Shown in pieces: positions 21,887 to 29,585 of a stretch of DNA of 64,000 bases. Each line of letters starts with the position of its first letter. Position 1 is the stretch's first letter. The stretch comes from Thermodesulfobacteriota bacterium (lineage in GTDB: Bacteria; Desulfobacterota; Desulfobacteria; Desulfobacterales; SURF-7). The position numbers were made by a program, and so were the translations under genes. The notes under the pieces are model-generated. The model had not been told where the DNA came from. It was given only the letters and a program-made list of their open reading frames with translations, and did no database searches. Where the stretch lies: the NCBI GenBank assembly GCA_049320885.1, contig JBMORA010000014.1, forward strand, positions 32,001 to 96,000. The letters run 5' to 3'.

Positions 21887-22561
21887 ATGATCGATACAAA
21901 GGAAATACAGGACAATCTCTGGCAGGTCGGAGGCGACGACCTGTCCGGACCGGGTGACGCGGCGATCTATCTGGTTCGGTTCGGTCCGGAGGCGGCGCTG
22001 ATCGATGCGGGTTGCGGCCAGGGGCATCAAACCATCCGGCGGAACATTGCAGCCTGCCTGCCGGAAGACATTCCCGTTTCGTTTCTGATTTTGACCCATT
22101 GCCATTACGACCACAGCGGTGGGGCCGCCCGCCTGCGGGAAGAACTGGGCTGCCGGATCGTGGCCCATGTCCTGGACGCGGTTTATCTGGAGACCGGCGA
22201 CAGCGAGGTTACAGCCGCTTGCTGGTACGGTGCGCGCATGGAACCGCTGGTAGTCGACGTCAAACTGGACGGTCCGGACCATCGCATTGAAGTGGGCGAC
22301 GGATGCCTTCACGCCCTGCACATGCCGGGGCACTCGCCCGGCTCCCTGGTGCTGACCACCCGGATGGAAGACCAGTTGGTATTGTTCGGGCAGGATGTTC
22401 ACGGACCCATCCACCCTGCCCTGCGCTCCGACCGGGCGGCATATCAGGCCTCCCTGCGGCAACTGCTGGATCTGGAGGCGGATCTCCTGCTGGAAGGACA
22501 TTTCGGTGTTTTTCGCGGCAAGGAGCGGGTGCGGCGGTTTGTCCGCTCCTTTATAATATGA
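21887..22561 (+). CDS. Metallo-beta-lactamase fold hydrolase
   Basis: LIDAG, THCHYDHSGG, PGHSPGS, EGH. Confidence 0.9.
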   Translation: MIDTKEIQDNLWQVGGDDLSGPGDAAIYLVRFGPEAALIDAGCGQGHQTIRRNIAACLPEDIPVSFLILTHCHYDHSGGAARLREELGCRIVAHVLDAVYLETGDSEVTAACWYGARMEPLVVDVKLDGPDHRIEVGDGCLHALHMPGHSPGSLVLTTRMEDQLVLFGQDVHGPIHPALRSDRAAYQASLRQLLDLEADLLLEGHFGVFRGKERVRRFVRSFII

Positions 22562-22616
22562 GGACAGTTTGAAAAAGCGAATTCAATAACTGATTTCATT
22601 CTAATCTGGAGGTTAC

Positions 22617-22955
22617 ATGGAAAACCGTGTCTTCATCAAAAACATTCCCTTTTCAGAACCCCAGGTTCTGGCGGATCTGGTCGATTATGCAGAAGGCCGG
22701 GTGGTCAGCCGCACTTTTGCCCAACAACCGTCTGTCGGGATAACCCTTTTTGCATTTGACCAGGGTGAAAGCGTCAGCACGCACACCGCACCGGGCGACG
22801 CCATGGTGCAGGTGCTGGATGGAGAAGCCCTGGTGAATGTCGACGGGAAAGAGATGACGGTGGTCAAGGGACAAGTAGTGGTTATGCCTGCCAATGTTCC
22901 TCATTCCGTGACAGCGGTCAAACGCTTCAAAATGTTGCTGACAGTGGTGAAATGA
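22617..22955 (+). CDS. Cupin domain protein
   Basis: TLFAFDQGE..STHTAPGDA...MPANVPHSV...FKMLL. Confidence 0.9.
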   Translation: MENRVFIKNIPFSEPQVLADLVDYAEGRVVSRTFAQQPSVGITLFAFDQGESVSTHTAPGDAMVQVLDGEALVNVDGKEMTVVKGQVVVMPANVPHSVTAVKRFKMLLTVVK

Positions 22956-23512
22956 CCGGAACCGCCCATCAATGGAAAATTCCTTTTGACCGTTCCTATT
23001 GGGTTGAGCCCGGCCGGCTCATGGCCGGGTGTTTTCCGGGCTCGCCCTCCCCCGGCGAGGCACATCAGAAACTGAAAAAACTTCTGGCATGCGGAATCCG
23101 GGAGGTTGTCAACCTCATGGAGCCTCATGAACGGGATCACCATGGAAAACTCTTTGAGAGCTATGAAGGCCCCCTGCGGTCGCTGGCAGATGAAATGGGA
23201 TTGGACGTCACTGTTGCGCGTTTTCCCATAAAGGACGGAGATATCCCCACCCGCCTGGAAATGTGCCGCATACTTGATCATATCGATGCCGCCATTCAAA
23301 ACGGTCGCCCGGTCTATCTGCACTGTTGGGGCGGCCGGGGCCGCACCGGCACGGTGGTGGGCTGCTACCTGGCGCGGCACGGACTTGCAGCGGATCATCA
23401 GGTTTTGAAAATGATCAAGGTGTTGCGGCAGGATGTTCGTGATGCCCATTCAGCGTCGCCGGAGAACTCCTGGCAGATCGATATGGTGCTGTCATGGGTG
23501 GAAAGGGAATAA
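22952..23512 (+). CDS. Protein-tyrosine / dual-specificity phosphatase family protein
   Basis: FPIKD acid loop and HCWGGRGRTG (CX5R) active site. Confidence 0.9.
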   Translation: MTGTAHQWKIPFDRSYWVEPGRLMAGCFPGSPSPGEAHQKLKKLLACGIREVVNLMEPHERDHHGKLFESYEGPLRSLADEMGLDVTVARFPIKDGDIPTRLEMCRILDHIDAAIQNGRPVYLHCWGGRGRTGTVVGCYLARHGLAADHQVLKMIKVLRQDVRDAHSASPENSWQIDMVLSWVERE

Positions 23513-23519
23513 ATTCATT

Positions 23520-24737
23520 TCAGAAAGAAAAGGTGATTTTCGCGGCAAAGAGGAACCAGTGAGGATTGGTGCCGTAGCCGTCCGGATTGTCGGCATTCAG
23601 CAGAATCGCCGTTCCGTTCATGAAATGGCCTTCCAGTTTCGCTATCCAGTTATCGTTCAGGTCAAAACGGGTGGACAGACAGGCATCCTTCAGCCAGGCC
23701 CGGTGAAAGAATTCCTGGTTGTTGCCGTCCCGGTCGAAATCATCCGGGTAGTATTCGGCATAATAAACGCCGGTTTCGAAGAAGGAAGTCAGCCGGTAAA
23801 CGGCGCTGCCGTAATATCCCTGGGTATAGAACTCGGGGACAAAATCCGGCGTGACGTTCAACACCTGGGAATTGGTCGGCTGGATTTCCCAATCGATTCT
23901 GGAATATTCGGCCGCCAGGATCAGGTTCTTCCAGGTATATTCAGCGGACAACGTAAAGGATTTCGCATCGAGGGAAAAGTCGGTCTGGAGCGGCAGGGCG
24001 GTTGTGTCCATCCTGGCGATGAAGGCCAGCGCCCAGTAAGAACATCCGAGCCGCAGGCTTTCGCCGGGCGAAAGCCATTGCAGGCTGGCGATGTCGCCTC
24101 TTTCCACTTCAACCTCCTGAACCGCGATGGGAATATCCCGGGGTACCTGATCGTTGAAATGCAGGGCGGGACCGCTTTGGCTGTCGATTTCCACGGTTCC
24201 GATTTGAGCCCGATACGCCAGGCGGCCCAGCTTCATCAGCGGCAAATTGCCGAACACCCCGACGCCTTTATTGGCCGCGATCACATCCCGCCAGGATTCA
24301 TTATAAACGCTTTGGGGCAGGAAGATATTGGTCCGCAGCATATCGACATCCCTGGTTTCATTGTAGAGACCATGGGGGACCTTCATCTTGCCGGCGGCGA
24401 AACCCAGCCAGTCCCGCCAACGATATTCGGCCACCGCCCAGTCCAGAAAGACCTCGTCGTTTCCAATCTGACCCAGATCCCGGGCAAACAGTTGGATGCC
24501 TACGCGCAAGTGGTATTCCGGCATCTGGGTGATGAAATTGATACCCATTTCGTTCAATTCAAAAGTCCCGGTTTCGGTTTCGGCGAAGAAATTGTTGTCG
24601 GTGCTCTGCATATACCCCTGGGATACAAAGCCGTGGATGGCAATGTCGTCGGGATACGATATTCCGTCACCAAAGGCGGCGCCAGCGGCCAGAGCGACGG
24701 CAATTGCCAGCCAGCCTGTGAGTACCGTTCGCATCAT
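23520..24737 (-). CDS. Outer-membrane beta-barrel (porin-like) protein
   Basis: Signal peptide; IHGFVSQGY, LDWA..EY, GKMKVPHGLYNETRDVD; C-terminal alternating strand ending in Phe (AKITFSF). Confidence 0.82.
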   Translation of the reverse strand: MMRTVLTGWLAIAVALAAGAAFGDGISYPDDIAIHGFVSQGYMQSTDNNFFAETETGTFELNEMGINFITQMPEYHLRVGIQLFARDLGQIGNDEVFLDWAVAEYRWRDWLGFAAGKMKVPHGLYNETRDVDMLRTNIFLPQSVYNESWRDVIAANKGVGVFGNLPLMKLGRLAYRAQIGTVEIDSQSGPALHFNDQVPRDIPIAVQEVEVERGDIASLQWLSPGESLRLGCSYWALAFIARMDTTALPLQTDFSLDAKSFTLSAEYTWKNLILAAEYSRIDWEIQPTNSQVLNVTPDFVPEFYTQGYYGSAVYRLTSFFETGVYYAEYYPDDFDRDGNNQEFFHRAWLKDACLSTRFDLNDNWIAKLEGHFMNGTAILLNADNPDGYGTNPHWFLFAAKITFSF

Positions 24738-24813
24738 ACCGCGCCCCTCGACTTTTTTGCGGCGTTGCCGTTCATTGTCACCTGCTCCTGAAGCGGAAAG
24801 CGGTTGTGCCACC

Positions 24814-25296
24814 TTATTCCCCTTCCAGAATGTGAATGCGTTTCACTCCCGCCAGTTTTGTCTGGCGGGATACATACCCGATGGCGCCGGGTGTTTTTCG
24901 CACATACGAAACCACGCCGGCCTCGTTTTTCAAGGCGCGGGGCGGAAAGCCCCGTCCGGAAAAAATCAGTTTTTTCCAATAGCGGCTGTACTGCGAAGGG
25001 GTTTTCCGGAGATATGTCGTTACGAACATATCATGAACGTCGCCGCCGGGCAGCGTTACGAACAGGATGGGCTGGTCGTCCGGCCAGAGTGTCTTCTCGC
25101 CCTTGTAAATCAGTTTCAGATCGTTGAGCGCGAGGCTGTCTATCGGCAGGTTTTGATGACCGATGATGATAACATCACCGGTTTTGTTTTCTTCCGGAAA
25201 AGCCGCCGGGATCCAGAAGGCAGAAATTCCTGCAAGGGAGCAGACGATGAGAAGAATCAGACGTCTTTGCGGCGGAATCCTTGGGGTAGGCTTCAT
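24814..25296 (-). CDS. Small exported phosphate-binding-protein-like (PBP2/PstS-like) single-domain protein
   Basis: Signal peptide; IYKGEKTLW.D, YWKKLIFSG.G.PP, VRKTPGAIGYV. Confidence 0.8.
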   Translation of the reverse strand: MKPTPRIPPQRRLILLIVCSLAGISAFWIPAAFPEENKTGDVIIIGHQNLPIDSLALNDLKLIYKGEKTLWPDDQPILFVTLPGGDVHDMFVTTYLRKTPSQYSRYWKKLIFSGRGFPPRALKNEAGVVSYVRKTPGAIGYVSRQTKLAGVKRIHILEGE

Positions 25297-25305
25297 TGAA
25301 CCGAA

Positions 25306-25334
25306 ATTATAGGCGATGGAAGAAGATGTGTCAA
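25306..25334 (-). promoter_or_regulatory. Perfect-consensus sigma70 promoter for the binding-protein/porin pair
   Basis: Minus strand TTGACA-N17-TATAAT ending about 10 nt before ATG 25296. Confidence 0.7.
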
Positions 25335-25389
25335 TAAGTGCCTCGAAAAGAATGTAAAAACAATCGGATGAATTTTTTGACCAGCGGTC

Positions 25390-25417
25390 TTGACAAAGCT
25401 GCCCGTCTTTGTAGAAT
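25390..25417 (+). promoter_or_regulatory. sigma70 promoter for the sulfotransferase
   Basis: TTGACA-N16-TAGAAT. Confidence 0.55.
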
Positions 25418-25471
25418 CGGTTCGGACCCGTTCGACCCGAAACAGCATCTTCCGGAATTACCCCCCAGCGG

Positions 25472-26644
25472 ATGGATATGAAAACGAATTTACTCGGCAG
25501 GCTTTTTTCCCCGGAACACAGCGGCAAATGGCGGATGCCGACCGGTACCTATTGGTTGATCCGGGCGTTTCACAGCCTGCGCCCGCTGCTGTTCCACCTC
25601 AGCGGACTGGAAACCCGGTTGCTTGGAAAGGAACTGGACGGCATCACCATTGACCGGCCCATATTTATCTGCGGCATTGCGCGATCCGGCACCACCATCA
25701 CCCTGGAAATGCTGCACCACCATCCGGACGCGGCCTGCCATTTGTATTATCATGCGCCGCTGCCGCATCTGCCGGTCTGGTGGGACCGAACGGTTACCTT
25801 CCTGCCGCTTCCGATTTCCAAACCCGTGGAGCGTCTCCACAGGGATGGGTTGCTTGTCAATCAGAAGAGTCCGGATGCAATTGAGGAACGCTTATGGATG
25901 GACTTTTTCCCGGATCTTCACGATGAGCAACATTCCAATGTCCTGTCTGAAAACCATCGCAATGAACGCTTTGAAGCGTTTTATCGCGACCACATCCGTA
26001 AACTGCTGTACCGGCAGGACGGAAAACGCTATTTGACAAAGAACAACTACAACATCACGCGGCTGGAATACCTGTTGAAACTATTTCCCGATGCGCGCTT
26101 CCTGCTGCTGGTGCGAGATCCCGCGGATCATATCGCCTCGTTGATGAAGCAGCACCGGCTTTTCACCGCATTGGAACTCGGGCAGCCCGGTCTGAGCAAA
26201 TGGTTGAATATTGTCGGGCACTATGAATTCGGCACCTCCATACAATTGATCAATACAGGCGAGGCGGGCGCGGTCGATCACATCCGGGATCTGTGGTCGC
26301 GGCGGAAATACGTCCAGGGCTGGGCGGCCTATTGGGCTTCCATTTATCATTTCGTTGCCGATCGTCTGGAGCGGAATCCGGCGCTGGCAGCCGCGTCCCT
26401 GATCGTCCGCTACGAAGACCTGTGCGCGGATTCCGGCGGCGCCATCGACCGGATCCTCTCCCATACCGGTCTCCCGGCTGAAACGTTTTCAGCTGTCCGA
26501 GAACGCTATGTCCGGCGGTTACAACCGCCGCGCTATTACAAACCCGATTTTTCTAGAAACGATTTGAACGATATCCGCATGATCACCCAGTCGGCGGCCC
26601 GGCGGTGCGGATATGACCGGCCAGCCTCCTGCTCGCCTCCGTAA
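25472..26644 (+). CDS. PAPS-dependent sulfotransferase family protein
   Basis: PIFICGIARSGTT (5'-PSB), LFPDARFLLLVRDP..HIAS (3'-PB), VRYEDLC. Confidence 0.9.
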   Translation: MDMKTNLLGRLFSPEHSGKWRMPTGTYWLIRAFHSLRPLLFHLSGLETRLLGKELDGITIDRPIFICGIARSGTTITLEMLHHHPDAACHLYYHAPLPHLPVWWDRTVTFLPLPISKPVERLHRDGLLVNQKSPDAIEERLWMDFFPDLHDEQHSNVLSENHRNERFEAFYRDHIRKLLYRQDGKRYLTKNNYNITRLEYLLKLFPDARFLLLVRDPADHIASLMKQHRLFTALELGQPGLSKWLNIVGHYEFGTSIQLINTGEAGAVDHIRDLWSRRKYVQGWAAYWASIYHFVADRLERNPALAAASLIVRYEDLCADSGGAIDRILSHTGLPAETFSAVRERYVRRLQPPRYYKPDFSRNDLNDIRMITQSAARRCGYDRPASCSPP

Positions 26645-26782
26645 ATCGCGACCATCGGTTACCGGCCAGGGCTCGGGAAAAACAAAGCATTAACTGTACA
26701 CTATCTTCCAGTCGTAAATTATCTATATATTTTATATTAACAATAAGTTATAAAACATATGGCGCCGTATTTGTCAAAATAT

Positions 26783-26800
26783 ATTGACTATATGGTCAAT
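26783..26800. promoter_or_regulatory. Palindromic operator candidate ATTGAC-N6-GTCAAT
   Basis: Perfect 6-bp arms within an AT-rich intergenic region upstream of the acyl-CoA dehydrogenase operon; overlaps TTGACT. Confidence 0.6.
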
Positions 26801-26940
26801 TTGTCATAGGCAATGCCAGGGACCGGATGCGCCGGCTCCGCTTGTATACAGAAACATATATCGGATTCAATGTGCCTTCCCGGCATGACGTCAGCTCCAA
26901 GTGGCTGTCATGCCGGGGCCGACCCGGGAGGCGACACCCG

Positions 26941-28482
26941 ATGTCCCCGATACGATACGGTCTTTCAGCCGAGGCGCCGGATCTGGCGGAAGGCCTGCCG
27001 GCCCTGGCCAGGCTGAAGCTCCATTGTCCGGACTATGTCCGCAGGGCTGAAGATGCCCAGCGGGTTGCCCGCCGATTCGCCAGGGAAGAACTGCTGCCCA
27101 AGGTCTTGGAAATCGACACCCGCTGTTCCGCGGATCCCGCCTATGTGGACTGGAATCTCTGGCGACGTGCGAATGAGCATAAGCTGACCATATCCCCGAT
27201 ACCTGAAAAACTGGGCGGACTGGGCTGGAGCGCGCTGGGAAACGCGGCGCTGGTGGAAGAACTGGCCAGCGTCTGTATGGCCAGCGCGGCCAACATCACT
27301 TTCAACACCTTCGGTCTGTTGGGTGCCATGGTGGAATGCCGCACCGGCATTCTGATGCGGATCATCCGGCAGATGGTGGCGGCCCAGAAGGCGGAAAAGC
27401 CCCTCTTCTGGTCCTGGGCCATCACGGAGCCCGGGGCCGGCACGGACATGGAGGAAGAGAGGGCCATGAAAACCATGAAGCCGTCCACCAGTGCCCGAAA
27501 AGTGAGCGGCGGGTATCGCCTTAATGGAACCAAGTGTTTCATCACCAACGGCAGCCTGGCCCAGTATGTGATCGCCAATATTCCCCTGGACCCGCAATCA
27601 CCGCTGGAATCCATGGCCACGTTCCTGATACCGGCCTCGTCCAGAGGGTTTTCCGTTGGGCGAGTGGAACGAAAATGCGGCCAAAAGGCCAGCCAGACCG
27701 CCGAGCTTTTTTTTCAGGACGTATTCGTTCCGGAGGAGAATCTGTGGGAACCTCCAGGAAGGGGCTTGCGGCATACGCGGGAAATTCTGTCCATCACCCG
27801 CGGGTATATTGGACTGGCGGCCCTGGGCATGGCCCGGGGTGCCTTCGAACGCGCTGTTCAGTACGCCGCCCGGAAACAAGTCCGGCACCACCGGCTGATC
27901 GACGAAGAATGGGTCCAGTTTGCCTTTGCCGACATGCTCAAGGAGATAGCCGTGGTGCGGAGTGCGGCCTACGAGTTCGCCCTGGCCCTGGATAACCGGC
28001 ACGTCTGGAGTCTGTTTGACAAACTGCCGGTGAAACTCGGGTTGAAGCTGATGCCCGGATGGCTGCTGAATAGCCGTTTTCTGATACAAATGACCCAATG
28101 GCCGCCCATCGACCGCCTGGGCTCCTGGTATAAACACAGCTTGGTGCCGGACCACCGGGTGGAGGAATTCCTCAAGATGGGATCCGCGCTGAAAGTGGCC
28201 GGAACCGATCTGGCCGTTAACGTGACTTCCCGGGTCCTGGATGTGGTGGGGCTCGAAGGCATGGCGTATGGCCACGGCATTGAGAAATATTTCCGTGATG
28301 CCAAGATCACCCAGATTTACGAGGGCACCAATCAGGTCAATCGTATGGATCTGTTTCACCATGAGATCGGCCGGCAACTGGAATTACCGAAACTCCGCCG
28401 GTCGGAGAAGCGGATAGGAATGCCTGAACCTCAAACCAAGGACGACAGGTCATGTCCCGGCCCATGCTGCATGCGATTCTGA
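26941..28482 (+). CDS. Acyl-CoA dehydrogenase family protein (catalytic-type subunit)
   Basis: GGGAGG RBS; WAITEPGAGTD, NGTKCFITNG, FRDAKITQIYEGTNQ. Confidence 0.9.
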   Translation: MSPIRYGLSAEAPDLAEGLPALARLKLHCPDYVRRAEDAQRVARRFAREELLPKVLEIDTRCSADPAYVDWNLWRRANEHKLTISPIPEKLGGLGWSALGNAALVEELASVCMASAANITFNTFGLLGAMVECRTGILMRIIRQMVAAQKAEKPLFWSWAITEPGAGTDMEEERAMKTMKPSTSARKVSGGYRLNGTKCFITNGSLAQYVIANIPLDPQSPLESMATFLIPASSRGFSVGRVERKCGQKASQTAELFFQDVFVPEENLWEPPGRGLRHTREILSITRGYIGLAALGMARGAFERAVQYAARKQVRHHRLIDEEWVQFAFADMLKEIAVVRSAAYEFALALDNRHVWSLFDKLPVKLGLKLMPGWLLNSRFLIQMTQWPPIDRLGSWYKHSLVPDHRVEEFLKMGSALKVAGTDLAVNVTSRVLDVVGLEGMAYGHGIEKYFRDAKITQIYEGTNQVNRMDLFHHEIGRQLELPKLRRSEKRIGMPEPQTKDDRSCPGPCCMRF

Positions 28483-29585
28483 ATGAATGCCGCCATTTCG
28501 GTAAAAAGGAAATCCGTCCTTCCTGTCTTGCTGCCGATGCCGCCTCGGATTGGGGCTGGGCGAAAACCGTCTGCCGCCGAAGCGCGGTGATGGATATTCC
28601 GAATCTCATGATACCGGAAAACCCGCCGCAAGTCATGGCAGGGGCCCGGATTTGCGCCGCTGTCCTGGATGTGCTCGCTTTTGAATGCGCTTCCGTTGCC
28701 TCCATTCTGGCCCACCATTTTGCGGCCTCCATACCCCTGGTGGCCAGCCAGTCGCCGTCTGCGAATGAATTTGCAGTCCGAGCCGCAGGGGGCGATGAGG
28801 TTCTACTGGCTGGAGTGCTGTTTCCCGATGAACAGGAGGAAAATGGTCTGAGACTGCAGGAAACGGAAACCGGTCTGGCTTTGTCCGGCAGCCTTCCATT
28901 GGCGGGCAACGCCTTTGCGGCCGACTGGTTTTGTCTGTTCCTGGATGAAGGCTCCAACAGGCCGGAAATTACCTGTCTGCTGGTCCGGAAAAACCAGCCG
29001 GGTGTCGCTGTTGGCCCTGACGCCGGATTGCCGGGATTGAAAGCCAATCCCTTCGCACCCATGACATTTACGGATGTGGCCATTCCGCCGGAGGCGATGT
29101 TGGCCGAACGTGGAAAAGCCGGACCGCTGCTGAATCAAACCCGGTCCGCTTTTTGGGGATTTATCGCCGCAACGGCCATGGGTTGCGCCCGTAAGGCCTT
29201 CCAGACCGCCCATACCCACGCTGCCCAGCGGTATCAGTTCGGCCGGCACATCATCCGGCATCCGGAAATCCAGCGCATGCTGGGCCAAATGTTGATGAAG
29301 CTGAATGTCGGCACCGCAGCCTATGAATCCCTGTTCCAGGAAACGGATCGCGGCCTCCCTTTCCCCGGGCTCGATGCAGGACTGATGAAAGGCTTCTGCG
29401 CGGACTGCGCCCTGGAGATCGCCCTGGATGCCGTTCAAATCCACGGTGGATACGGTTACATGCAGGAATACGGCGTTGAAAAACTCATGCGCGACGCGAA
29501 AGTGCTTCAGCTGCTGGGAGGTGGTAGCACCAGCCACCAGATCCGCTGCATCGCCAAGGGCCGAGAGGCATATGGTCCTCGCTGA
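28452..29585 (+). CDS. Acyl-CoA dehydrogenase family protein (degenerate, probably non-catalytic subunit)
   Basis: QRYQFGRHI and AVQIHGGYGYMQEYGVEKLMRDAK retained; TEP..GSD and YEG motifs absent. Confidence 0.88.
   Translation: MSRPMLHAILNECRHFGKKEIRPSCLAADAASDWGWAKTVCRRSAVMDIPNLMIPENPPQVMAGARICAAVLDVLAFECASVASILAHHFAASIPLVASQSPSANEFAVRAAGGDEVLLAGVLFPDEQEENGLRLQETETGLALSGSLPLAGNAFAADWFCLFLDEGSNRPEITCLLVRKNQPGVAVGPDAGLPGLKANPFAPMTFTDVAIPPEAMLAERGKAGPLLNQTRSAFWGFIAATAMGCARKAFQTAHTHAAQRYQFGRHIIRHPEIQRMLGQMLMKLNVGTAAYESLFQETDRGLPFPGLDAGLMKGFCADCALEIALDAVQIHGGYGYMQEYGVEKLMRDAKVLQLLGGGSTSHQIRCIAKGREAYGPR

Noticed and set aside
23433..24791. 452-aa plus-strand ORF
   Set aside because: Antisense shadow of the porin gene
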